A DNA stretch of 63,919 nucleotides, the filler included, from Reclinomonas americana ATCC 50394 (taxonomy: Eukaryota): NCBI GenBank assembly GCA_048213135.1. It is 3 parts of 2 records of this genome, joined end to end, with 100 filler letters (N's around TTAATTAATTAA, not from the genome) between each part and the next. Parts side by side here need not be neighbours in the genome. Positions count along the whole stretch, not along the records: positions 1 to 29,519 come from PS015478.1; 2 more parts are not named here. One strand, 5' to 3'. Of this stretch, positions 1 through 27,300 are shown piece by piece; position 1 is the first letter of the stretch; each line of letters opens with the position of its first letter. The notes below the pieces were generated by a model that was not told the origin of the DNA, made no database searches, and saw nothing but the letters and a program-made list of their open reading frames with translations. Both the position numbers and the translations under genes were made by a program.

Positions 1-204
1 CGCCTGTTGCGAGACGAAACGGGAAAGGGGAACAGGGCGAAGGGAGGGAGGGGGAGGAGAAGGGAGAAAGGGGAAGGGCGAAAGAAGGGGAACGGGGAAT
101 GGGGAGACGAGTGGGGAATGGAGTCAAGTTGGGTGGGAACTGAAGGGAAAAAAGGGGAGTGGCGCATAGGAGCGACGCGAAGTATGGAAGAGAGGCGAAG
201 AACC

Positions 205-565
205 GATGAGGAGGTGCAGTTCCCGCTCCGTGTCGACTCTCAATGCCCTTTGATGCAGCACAAGGAACGAGGGCGGGTGGCGAAGAGGAGAAGGGAATGG
301 GGGAAGAAGAGGAATAGCGAGATAGGCAGAGAACCATAAAGGAGGTGCAGTCCCCGCTCCGTAATCGACAAGCGAAAGGCTTGCAACCTGTCCTTTGATA
401 ATGCAGCGCAACGAACGAGGGCGGGTGGGAAGAGAGGAAAGGATGAGAGAAGGAATGAGGAAGAAGAGGAAGTAGTGAGGCGACGTATCATAAAGGAGGT
501 GCAGTTCTCGCTCCGTGATCGACGAGCGAGAGGCTTACAACCTATCCTTTGATAATCCAGCGCGA
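205..565. repeat. Three degenerate direct repeats (~75-95 bp) separated by GA-rich spacers
   Basis: GGAGGTGCAGT(T/C)C(C/T)CGCTCCGT...TCGAC...CCTTTGAT...CAGC recurs at ~210, ~341 and ~495. Confidence 0.8.
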
Positions 566-614
566 GGAGCAAGATACCGCAGTCCTTCCAATCAGCAGCG
601 CCTTCATCCACCTC

Positions 615-1334
615 TTATCTCGGTCGATCAACATCATCCGCATCGTGGTCGTCGCCAATGTTGGATGGAACTGCTGGCGTGCCATCGTGCTGCAGCACCC
701 GTTCGAGCTCGCGTCTCAACACGTCCTCTGCAACGTCGGGCACCTCACTGACCACAAGCGAGTCGAGAACCTGGCGGCACCGGTAAGCGGGAACGACACT
801 CTCAAAACAGTGCACGATGCATTTCACCTGATGCGCCAGCCTGTCTTCCTCTGGCGACGGCGGTGGTTCGTCACTCGTCATTGTCATCGATTCAGCCGCC
901 TTTTCCACGCCCTCCAACCCCTGCTCCGCAAACAACCTCATCTGCAGCACAGCAAGATGAGTTGTCGACTGCTACGCAAATGGCCTGCCGAGCCGTGCGC
1001 ACCTTGTCAGCGTGGAACTGTGTTTGTGCCTGGATCATGCGCCACTGTGGAGATTCGTCGCTCATGCGTGCCATGCGCAGCGTGTCCAGCACGCCGAGGC
1101 CACTGTGGCGCAAAGAGTAAGAAACATAAGAGAGGAGAAGAGGGGAGAGGGGGGAGAAGGGGAAGAGAAAAGCCGCCGCACCGATGCAACAGCTCATCAA
1201 TGTAGTCCTCGCTGGTCTCGAACCGGTGCCGCCGGAACGCAAAGCGCAGCACGTTGCTCACATGCGACGACTCGGCGGCTCCAGGCAGTGATCGTGCCTC
1301 GCCCATCAGTGCTCGATACAGGCGGATCACGAAT
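615..1334 (-). CDS. LYR-motif (Complex1_LYR-like) protein, multi-exon, 5' end uncertain
   Basis: Exon 1334-~1183 reads FVIRLYRALMGEARSLP...VLRFAFRRHRFETSEDYIDELLHR, matching the LYR...R.xF.R...I..LL pattern. It splices GT-AG to GLGVLDTLRMAR...FHADK, then to MRLFAEQG...DRPR* (TAA 615-617). The first exon lies near or in the gap at 1520. Confidence 0.65.
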
Positions 1335-2138
1335 CTGCGAGGAGGGAGGGGGGAGGGAGGGGAAGGGGTGGAAGGGAAGGAGGGAGGGAGGAAGGGAAGG
1401 AGAGGAGAGAAGACGGGAGACAGCAGAAGCACTTGTCATTATGAAGACACGTGTTGCAAGTCTGCCTCCTACACACGGGGGCGGCGCATTCGCCGAGTCA
1501 TCTCCTCTCTGCGCATGGCNNNNNNNNNNNNNNNNNNNNNNNNNNNNNNNNNNNNNNNNNNNNNNNNNNNNNNNNNNNNNNNNNNNNNNNNNNNNNNNNN
1601 NNNNNNNNNNNNNNNNNNNNNNNNNNNNNNNNNNNNNNNNNNNNNNNNNNNNNNNNNNNNNNNNNNNNNNNNNNNNNNNNNNNNNNNNNNNNNNNNNNNN
1701 NNNNNNNNNNNNNNNNNNNNNNNNNNNNNNNNNNNNNNNNNNNNNNNNNNNNNNNNNNNNNNNNNNNNNNNNNNNNNNNNNNNNNNNNNNNNNNNNNNNN
1801 NNNNNNNNNNNNNNNNNNNNNNNNNNNNNNNNNNNNNNNNNNNNNNNNNNNNNNNNNNNNNNNNNNNNNNNNNNNNNNNNNNNNNNNNNNNNNNNNNNNN
1901 NNNNNNNNNNNNNNNNNNNNNNNNNNNNNNNNNNNNNNNNNNNNNNNNNNNNNNNNNNNNNNNNNNNNNNNNNNNNNNNNNNNNNNNNNNNNNNNNNNNN
2001 NNNNNNNNNNNNNNNNNNNNNNNNNNNNNNNNNNNNNNNNNNNNNNNNNNNNNNNNNNNNNNNNNNNNNNNNNNNNNNNNNNNNNNNNNNNNNNNNNNNN
2101 NNNNNNNNNNNNNNNNNNNNNNNNNNNNNNNNNNNNNN

Positions 2139-2194
<56 letters not shown>

Positions 2195-3261
2195 AACTCT
2201 TGCAACTCTCTCAAAACTCAGTGACTTCTGATGTCCACACACGAGAAGGCAGCAATTGTCATCATCTTCCTCTTCTCCTCCTTCTGCAGGAGGATGCGGG
2301 CAACAGTTGCAACTCTGCCTTCGCCGAGAGGACTCTGAGCTCAACACAGACTAAGGAAACCACATTCTCCTTATCATGTTCTTTTCCTTCTACTGTGTCT
2401 CTTTCTGTTGTGAAGAAGTGTTGCAACTCTGCCTTCACCAGCAGGCCCCTGACCTCGACATGCAAGTAGACGTCTCTCTCTCTCATACACAGTCTCTCTC
2501 AGTCTCCCTCTCTCTCTCTCTCTTCACAACCTCTCACTCACTCACTCTCTCCCTCTTTCTCACTGCATTCTCACGCGAGACTCACCGTGGCCGCACCTCC
2601 GGATTCATCACAGCCCTCGAACTCATCTCTGCTCCTCACAGCCTCACTCGCAAAAGCAAAGTTGTCCTGTTCGGATCAGTCACTCTTTCTGGCCTCCTTC
2701 CCAGGCCTCTCTCACTGCATTCGTGGTGACCATCATTCAGAGCACGAGTTCCACTCCTCTCCTCTCACTCCCCCACAGTGAGAGTATGCAAAAGGTGTCC
2801 TGTTCGGATTTGCAACGATGTCGCTTGCTCTCCGTCTCCAAGGTCTCGTCTCCCTCTTCCTGTTCCACTATCTTTTCGTCTATGGCTGTGGAGAGCTTCA
2901 GCACAGTAGAAGTCCAGAGGGCTTGCTTTCCAGGATCCGGAAGGCGAGGAATTCGAACCCGCGTGCAGAAGCTTTGGAGAGGACACAACCGTCGCGACGT
3001 TCTCGCAATTGTGATCACCGTTTTGCACTTTCACACTCTCACAGTGCACGACAGCTTTGACTTGAGAATGCAAACGTGCGCTCGACAAATGCGTGTCCTG
3101 TCCGATCGCGAATCTGTCCAACGAAATCACGATACAAAAGAAGAGAGCCACTCTCTTTCTTGCTCCTCTCTCTTGTCGTCTCTCTCCTCTCCTCTTGTGC
3201 TGCAATCAGCGCACTGAGAGAAGGAGGTGAGAATTTTCGTCTTATTTTATTGAACGTGATC

Positions 3262-18367
<15,106 letters not shown>

Positions 18368-18396
18368 TCCACACGTGTTGTTGTAATGTACTACTA

Positions 18397-21300
18397 CTAC
18401 TGTTCAGTGCCGTGCACAAACCGCGAGGGACGGGAGCGGTAGGCCTCGGAGGCAAGAGCGCGTGGGTCAATCACTTGCGGCCAGGCGGAGCGCACAAGTG
18501 GCACAGGAGAAGCCACCACTGGAGAATCGGCGACGAGCAAGCGATTCGCCAGTGCCTCATTGGGGGGCGATGGCTGACTTGCAGGTGGTGCTGGCCGAGG
18601 TGGCGCGCCTAGGCCAATAAATCTCCGGTCAATGACTTGCGGCCATGCAGAACCCACGAGAGGCACATCCACAGGTGTTGCCGTCTCTCGCCCAATCGCT
18701 GCCGACAACGACGCGGTGGGGACGCTTGGCGCAGCACCATCACTTGCTGGCGCGGCTCGGTTGCGAAGACGTTGGACCAGACGCTGAAGCGGTACCAGAG
18801 CGTCAACCTGCGGTCTTGATTCGTACGCGAATGTGCGAGGCATGGCCGCTCTGCTTGCTGTCGGGGTGCGCCGATTGAGGTGCTGACTGAGACGCGCGAG
18901 CAACTCGTTCGAGTGAGCCGGCACAACTGCGGATGTTGCACGTGCTGCAATAAGTCAAAATATCCATTCCACACGCACTGCACAATATAACTTACCAGCG
19001 ATAGTTGGCGTTGTGGGGGACGCGGTGAATGAATTCTGCTGACGCTCACGCTCAGCAGCCGTCAGAGTGGCAGCAATAGAAGTGAGACGAGCTCGGATAG
19101 AGTGTGGAGTCAGAGTCGATGACGATTGTCGGTTACTGCTTCGCAGTTGCCAGGGCAAGTCGCTGACCACATCTGCAAGCATTGCTACGATGAGACGCAT
19201 GCACGCACATCCACATACTGCAACGAATAATCGAACCAGTGGCTGCGGAGAAGTTCACCGCCGGCGGCGACACCAGCCCACGAGGGACGTCGACTAGGGA
19301 CGGCGAGGATGCAGCAGGAGTTGCGTAGGATTCTCTCACAGAGGACAATGGATACGCATCCGACTGTGACGATGCCAAGCGAATGAGAAGCAATTGCTGG
19401 CAGAGACAGTGAATGCACAACGTCGCGCACCGCCACCGGCATCAATGGCGGTTCCTGTGGCTCTTGGTCAACAAGATATGACTTTAGCGCTGCCAGCTGC
19501 TTGGCCACACGGACGGCAAGTCGATTTCCACGAGTCGCTGTAACGGGAAGAGCCTGAATAACAAACGCAGTTGCGCGCAACGACACTCTACACACAAAGG
19601 ACTCACCGGTCGCTAACTGCGGCGGGTGCCGGCGCCTGGCATCCACCCATGCAAGTGCGTTTCCGTCATCCAAGTCATCCATTTCAACACGCCCCTTGTT
19701 GTCTTCGACCCCAGCTCTCGCGTCCACCACAGAAAGATTGTCACCGACGACTGCAGCAATGAATCGTCAGCATTAGCTCGGCACAATAGTTCACCAGACA
19801 AATAACGCACGCTGGGCCTGCAGCTCCTTCTCGTCGGCATGGCGGCGGCGGCGCCAGCAGTATATAAACCAAATGACGTGGAGACCAATAAGAAGCACCG
19901 CCGACGCGGCAATCACGGCCCACAGCCAGCAGCGCAAGCTGCCACACATGGCTGCTCCGCCGCCACTGCCCGACACATCACCTCCTCCACTGCCACTGCT
20001 GCCAGCAGCAGGTGTCGTCGCCGGGGAGACAACCACCTGTCCGTCGGCAGTGATTTGTACGTCCGCGTCGGCACCGACACCGACCTGCACGCCGTTGCTG
20101 GTCATCACCGTGCGCACCAGGCGGAAGCGGCCACTGCCGCCGACAAGCGGCGCTTGTGTGTTGGCCACATCGAGCACCCACGCGCGCAACAAACGCGGGC
20201 CGTCCCACCCTGTCGGTGGTGGAGTGACGACGTCGGTTTCGGAGCGCGAGAGCGAGCTGGAAGAAGCCGCGGCAGCGGATCCCGACGTTGAGTTGCTGCG
20301 CACCATAAAGGAGTGAGCCCACGATAGCGCACACGCGTGAGTTGATCACTTCAACGACGTGCCTCATCGAATCAGGAATCCAGTTGAGAACATTGAGCGA
20401 TGCGCCGGCACCACAGAGGGCAGGAACTTCGAAGCGAAGTAGGATGCGCGGATCTGCAAGATTCAGACTGCGACTGCCTCCGGCAACCGGCAATAGGCGA
20501 TCAGCCGGATCAAAGATTGAGCCAAACGTGTCAACCTCAAAGTTGTGCTCTGCATTCATCGAACAATGCCAGTCAGAATATGCAGTTGATTGCAAGAGGC
20601 AATTACGACAGTTGGTGGGACACACCCAGCAGAATCACAGTGCCGACGCGCATTGACGCACGGTTACACGTAAATGTGACAGGTACTGTCGAATTGGTTG
20701 AGAGGATCGTTCCCTCCACTGGCGTCGTCACCGCAATAAGTGGAGCTACGCACGCAACCGGAATGTCAGAGTGAAGAACGACACAAATGAGGAGGAGGCA
20801 CCAAAACACACCTGCCACTCCATAAACGGCCCAACCTGTCACTCGCTTACTCGGCGCGTCGTCCACGATCAGAGCATAGGTATCTTGACCGGACACGGCG
20901 TCGACGGAGACTGTTAAATTGCTCGACAGAACGTTGCGGAATGCTCCGTCGCAAACAGACAAGACATTATCTGCGCCGGGTATGATGAGTACATCTTGAG
21001 CAGCGCTTCCGGAAGCAAACGAACAACACCTACTGACCAGCCACAGTGAACTGATGGAAGGAGCCACCAATGCGCACAAGTCGCAGATTGACCGTGGTGA
21101 CCTCAGGCCAGTTGCACAACCACACCGGATGGTATGCATCCAGGCGAGTGAGCACCAGGTGCGGAATCGGTTCCACCACGGTAATGGCTCGTTCTGTGAG
21201 GCACATACACACCGATCATGTCAGCCTAATGCTCTTCAAGAAAACACAGGCTCGATTTCTTGCCGTACCGACAAGCACCACCGAGAAAATACCAACAGCA

Positions 21301-24300
21301 CCATCGTCGAGCACGACGGTAAACTTCACCGTCTCGGAGGCCGCCAGCGACGGATTAATGGACGTGGACACGAGACCGGCAGGCGGTGATGATGGGACGT
21401 TCCACCCCACGCTATTGCCGAACGTGCTGTCACAAACGGTGGCACGATGCACACTGACTGCCACCGTAGTGCTCGTGCTATTGAAAGAAGGTCGCTGCTG
21501 GAACAACACGTCGACATTGGCCGTGGCCACAGTCGGATTCTCGCACGACCACACCAGCGAGAGCGGTTCCTGACCGTAGTATGCCACTGTATCGATGAAA
21601 GCACACATGTTGAGTGCGACATCGCCACAAAAGTCAATCTACAGAAGTGAGGAACCTGGCATTGCCGAGGAGGCCAGACGCGTTGTGCCAAACATTTGCA
21701 ACTGGATGGTTGACATGAACAGCAAGTTGGCACTGATCGTGGAGAACGGATACCACGTCGACGCGTGCCGCACACACAGCTGCAGCCGACGGGCTACCGA
21801 TGCAGGCGCGCTGCCGAGGGTGTACGGCACCTGCGAGATGCGAGGTGAATCTAAACGTGCAACACCGAGTTTCAATCCACGAAGAACGCAACCAGCAGTC
21901 GACTGCCACCCCCACTGGGCACACCAACAGTGCCTACTGCCACACCGGTGGCACACGAGTCGGTGGCGGCCACAATTTGGAAGCGCTCTCGGTCGGCATT
22001 CAAGTTGACACCCATCACTGTCAGTGTGTACCACTCGTTGTCACGGTTGACACGGTGCGACGGTAAATTGTCCACCGACACTGAGAGCAACGGACGTGGT
22101 GAGAACACAACACTCCGCAATACTCAACTACCGCATGAATCGCCTCACCCAGCTGCAACGCAGTGTTGTCCGCCACTGCGCCCCACTGCACTGCGGGATC
22201 GGCGCTGGCCGGTCGCATACATACGTGGTACGCCTGCGCTGTGGCAGTTACGGGAATCGTGACTTTCACCACCAATGTCGAGGGCACACCGCTGGCATCC
22301 AGTGTTATGGCCACAGCGTTGAGCATGGAGGGCACCAGCGGGGCAACCGGACTGCAGTCCACGTTCCACGGAACCACCGCCACATCCGTACCCACCGTCA
22401 AGTTGATGCCACTGATGGTGACGCTGACGGACGAGAGCGAGAACGTGGCAGGAACGGTTAGCAGGCGAGGAATCGCCACGGGAGTCAGCGCCGTCGGCCG
22501 AGCTGCGAACAGTGCAATAGTCAGACATCCTCATCCAGCCTTCGACGTACGGGACAAATACGTGACATACCCAAAGTAATGACATTCAGTCCAGCACCGG
22601 CAGCCGCGCCGACTGGTGTCCACGCAAATGCGGGATTGGCAGCTGCCGAGTTGCGTATGCACAGCTGCAAAGCCGCTGGTGCACCGGGAGATGGAGTTGT
22701 CGACGAAGTAACGGCCACCCGCAGCACGAGTTGGGTGGACGAACTGGTGGCCGCATCCACTGTGACAGAGCCGACGGGGACTGTCGATGCGCTCGAGCAC
22801 GACGAATCGGCTGCCACCAAGGCAAACGAATCGCGCGAGGCGTTCAGGAACAGACCCGGGACGACGAGTGTCTTTGCCAGGCTGTCAGTGACCATCAGTG
22901 TTGGCGATACGGCACCCGTCGACACTGAGAAAAGGAAAAGGCGGCGGGAAAATCAGTCAATAAATAAAAAAAGAAAAGGCGGCATGACATGTCAACAATG
23001 CAGACCGAGGATCAGCTGCTGGCCAGGTGCAGCATCGCCAAACTGCGCACTGGCACTTCCACCCGGTTTAATGCACACCCTGCGCGCAACATGACAGTGC
23101 GTGAGTGGATTATGCACATTGACCTGTCCTTGTACATCTCCCTCTTAACGCAACTTATACACCCCGGCCGTCAGCGGGAGTGCCAGCGTCAGCGTGGCTG
23201 AGGAGGGTGGCGCAGTGACAACCGTGGTAGTGATTGCGCCAGCCGGGCTGCTACCAGCAGGCACGGTGCACGTAGTCGACGGAAGAGCCACCGCGTACTG
23301 ATCGGCGGCATCGAGGTGTGCGCCAACCAGCTGCACAGAGAGTGGCGATGTGCCGATGGACAGAACATTGGGGACAATCGACGAGATCACCACTGCGAGA
23401 ATGATCGTCAGTTATTTCAGCATGCAAACACACTTGGGAGGGGATCGACTTTTTGTCGTACCTGTGGTGACATCGCCGTTGCTCGCCACTGGCGTGAACT
23501 CAACAAATGGCGTGCCGACATTGACCTGGATACACATGCGCAGGAATGTGCCGTTCACCAGGTCGGCTGGCACTGGCACCGTGACCAGCAACTCAAGGGA
23601 CGTGTCGGTTGGTCCAATAGGATCCACTGCACAGCGCGAATGAGCAACGCGTCAACAGAAAATGCGCAAAATGTGGTCACTTCCTCACCAGTGATTGCGC
23701 CGACAGTAGCGCCGCTGGCACAAGTCGTCGACCGCAGCACCAGCTTGAACACGTCACGTGCCTTGTTCAACCGATTACCTTGAACAGTGATGCGCTTCGC
23801 CGATCCGTCGGCAACCGCGACACCAGGACTCAAGGTGACAACACGCACTATGTGGGAAGGCAACGATTTGGGTAACAGCAATGCCACAATACACACAAGC
23901 CTCACATGCTACACACCGATTGACAAGCTGGTCGTGCCCACTTGCACGTACGGCGAGATGCCGTCCACCGAGAAGCACACGATGTCTGCACTCGATGTGA
24001 GACACACACGCACGCTACACCGCACTCGGTAGAAGGTGCACGAAACAGCTGCCGGTCGGAATGGGGCCGGGGGTGACACCCAGAGGCAACGATGTGGTCT
24101 GCGAGACCACGGTGGTCGAGGTGAGCGGAATGCCGGAGCCATTGCATGGAGCCGTGCTGGCAGCCTGCAGCTGGAAGAACTGGGTGCTTGCCAGGTTCGT
24201 GCCGACAACAGTGAAGCCACTCGACAATGTGTCAGTGGCCGCCGTGGCTGGTAAGAATCCAGTGGCAGCGACTGCGCGGCGGCAATTGAAAGCTGTTGTT

Positions 24301-27300
24301 AGCGATGCCAGCATACGGCGACTCGCACGAGAAGAAGAGAATGAGAACGAAACTGGCGGCAATCACAAACGCTTTCTGGAGCGAAGCGCCACCGCTGTCG
24401 GTGACACGAATGGTGACAACTACATCCGAGGCTGTCTGTCCTGCTGCAGTAACGCGCAGCTCAGGTGGCACGGCAGCGTTGTTGATGTTGAACAGTGCAT
24501 CGCCCTGGCCAGGCACGATGGAGTACACGAAAGAATCTTGCGAGTTGGTGTCGACTGCTGAGAGTGTACCAAGTACGACGTTGTTGGTCAACGTCGGTCC
24601 CACATAGGACTGTTTGCTTAGTCCAATATTTGTGGGCGGCAAGTTGCCTGCATGCATTGGGCGCAAGGGAAGACGAAAAATAAGGATTGCGAGTCAGAGT
24701 CATCAAAGAATGAGAGAGAATAGGAAAGGGGTAGAGGTGACGAGAGAGGGGAGAGCAACAAGATTGCAAAGCAAGAACAAACGAAAAGACGCAACTTTCG
24801 CTGATAGTGAAAACTTCGTCTCGGAACAGGCCGGCGCTGTCGGTGGCGCGAACAATCACGCTCAAGTTGTTTCCCACCTGACCAGCGTTGCGCACTACCA
24901 ACGTGGAACCGACGATTGCGAAGAGATTCATATTGGCGCCACCGACCAGCGAGAACGTTGCAATATCGGTCACGTTGTCGTCAAGCACCGTGAGATTGCC
25001 GACGGGTGTGTTGGGAGTGGTAGACGCGGGTGTGTAGGAGTACGACGACATCAGAACGGCCCGTGGCGGCACCGGGACTAGTGATGACGCGGTGAGGAAT
25101 AAGGGAGATGTAACAGAGGTTGAAGACCGAGCTACGCACCATCGGTAATGACAAACTCCTTGTCGAGTGATGCCGGGCCAAGTGTATCCGTGACGCGCTG
25201 TTTCCATGCAGTCAGTCCATTGCCATCATGCACGACCACATAATCCCCTTCAACGAAACAACCAACGCACCACAATGACATGCAGGTTGGTGCCAACCTG
25301 GCCGGCGTTCACCAGCACAAGATTGGCACCGAGAACGTTGAACAGCGTTGAAGACGACCCGCCGACAATGGAAAACACATGCGCCTCCGGAGGCGAGGAG
25401 TTGGCATCAACTACAGAGAGTGCACCGATGACGGTGTTCGTCGTCACAGTAGCCGGCGTGTACGTGGAGGACGACAGAGAGAGAATGGTGGGTGGCACAT
25501 TTTCTATGGAGAAAAGAATATACACGATGTGAGTTGCTGCCGCACCAACACGCACACCATGATCGAGCGACGCACGTTCGGTAACCGTCAGTGTCGAATC
25601 AAGAATGCCACCAGCGCTGTCAGTGGTGCGCACCACCAGCTGCATACCGTAGCCTTTAACACCAGCTGACGAAATGCGGAGCTGATTGCCAAAGACTGCG
25701 ACACAGGGCCTCATTGGTAAGTGCTACCGCGCGGAGATTGCGAAACAATCAAACTCGCGTACGAAACTGTTGAAAACAGCGCCCTGCAAGCCCGGCTGAA
25801 TCGTGTACGTCCACGACTGACAGCAATTGGCGTCCACTGTCGATAACGTGCCCACCACCGTGTTCACCGCCAGTGTCGGAGGAACAAACGTGTTGGGCGT
25901 CAACGTGGTAGATTGCGGTGGCACATTGGCTGCCGACACGAATACGAGTGAGCACAGCGCCATGTGTCGCACATCAAACAAGCAGATGAGGTCAAACCTT
26001 CGTCGATAGTGAATGTGCGAGTCAGCGTGTTACCGGCGCTGTCGGTCACCTGCAGTTTGACAGTCAGCAAGGAAACACCAATCTCCCGCACTACAGCGAC
26101 AAGTCCACCAACCTTCACAGTGACCTGCAATCCATTGCCACCTTGACCGGCGTTGCGCAGCATGAGAGCGCCTGCCGGCGACACGTCGAAGAGATTCGAC
26201 TGACCACCCGGCACAATCGACCACGTAAATGTGTCAGCCGTGTTGTCGTCGACCGCGCTGAGGATGCCGACCACAGTGTTGGCGACGGCTGTCGGTGGTG
26301 TGTACGTCAATGAAGACAGCGCAATGGCGGTGGGTGGCACGGGCACTGCACAAAAAGTAGCAATAGTGAGGGGGTGGGAGGCAAGATGGCGACTGTTGGC
26401 GAGCAATGACGCAACAGTCGTTGATGACAAAATTGCGGTCGGAGAAGCCGCCAACAGAGTCCGTCGCTCGAATCTGTGGCGCCACAAAATGTTAGTCACA
26501 AAGACGCAATGCTACAACCACACACTCTGGCTCTTCTTCGTCAAATTACCGTGAGAGTCAAGGCAGTGCCACGCTGACCTGCCGCTACGAAGGCCAACTG
26601 GGGCGGCATCGTGGCCAGCACGGTGAAGAGGGCGCCGGAGCCGCCAGGTCGCACGGTAAATGACACAGTTTGGCCAGTGTTCACATCCACAGCACCGAGA
26701 ATGCCAATGGGCTGCAGGGCGCTGGTGGTCGGTGGAGTGTAGGTGTTGCTGCTGAGCGAGATGGACGTCGGTGGCACGTTGGCTGGCGGAGGAGGAAGCG
26801 TGAGTGTGCCAATCATCGATTCAGGAGACAGGCTGGGTGGTACAGACCTTCGTTGATTGTGAAGGTGGACGTGATGGAAAGGCCACCCGAGTCGGTTGAA
26901 CGCACTTGCACCAAAAGGCCATTACCGGTGAGTCCCGCGGTGGCCACCAACAGGCGATCGTTGCTGATGCTGAAGGCCAGCTGATTGGCACCGCCCACAA
27001 TCGAGTACGTAAATGTCTCTCCAGTGTTGCTGTCGGTGGTCGTCAGCTGGCCAACAGTGGCACCCACCACGCCAGGCGGCGTGTACAGTTGTGGTGAGAG
27101 TGCAAGTGCCGTTGGTGGAACATTGACTGGCCATGGTGCGAGAAACCTTATGAGAAACAACCATCAACAAACATCAGCAGGCGGTGACCACCGACCTTCG
27201 TTGAATGTCAGCGTCTGCACCGCGCTCCGCCCAGTGTTGTCCGTCACCTGCACACAACAGTCAGCAAGCACAAAGGCAGTGCACTTGGACACCGACAATC

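Noticed and set aside
2193..3215. Possible gene or pseudogene fragments with short repeats (TTGCAACTCTGCCTTC, TGTCCTGTTCGGAT)
   Set aside because: No coherent spliced frame or recognisable domain.
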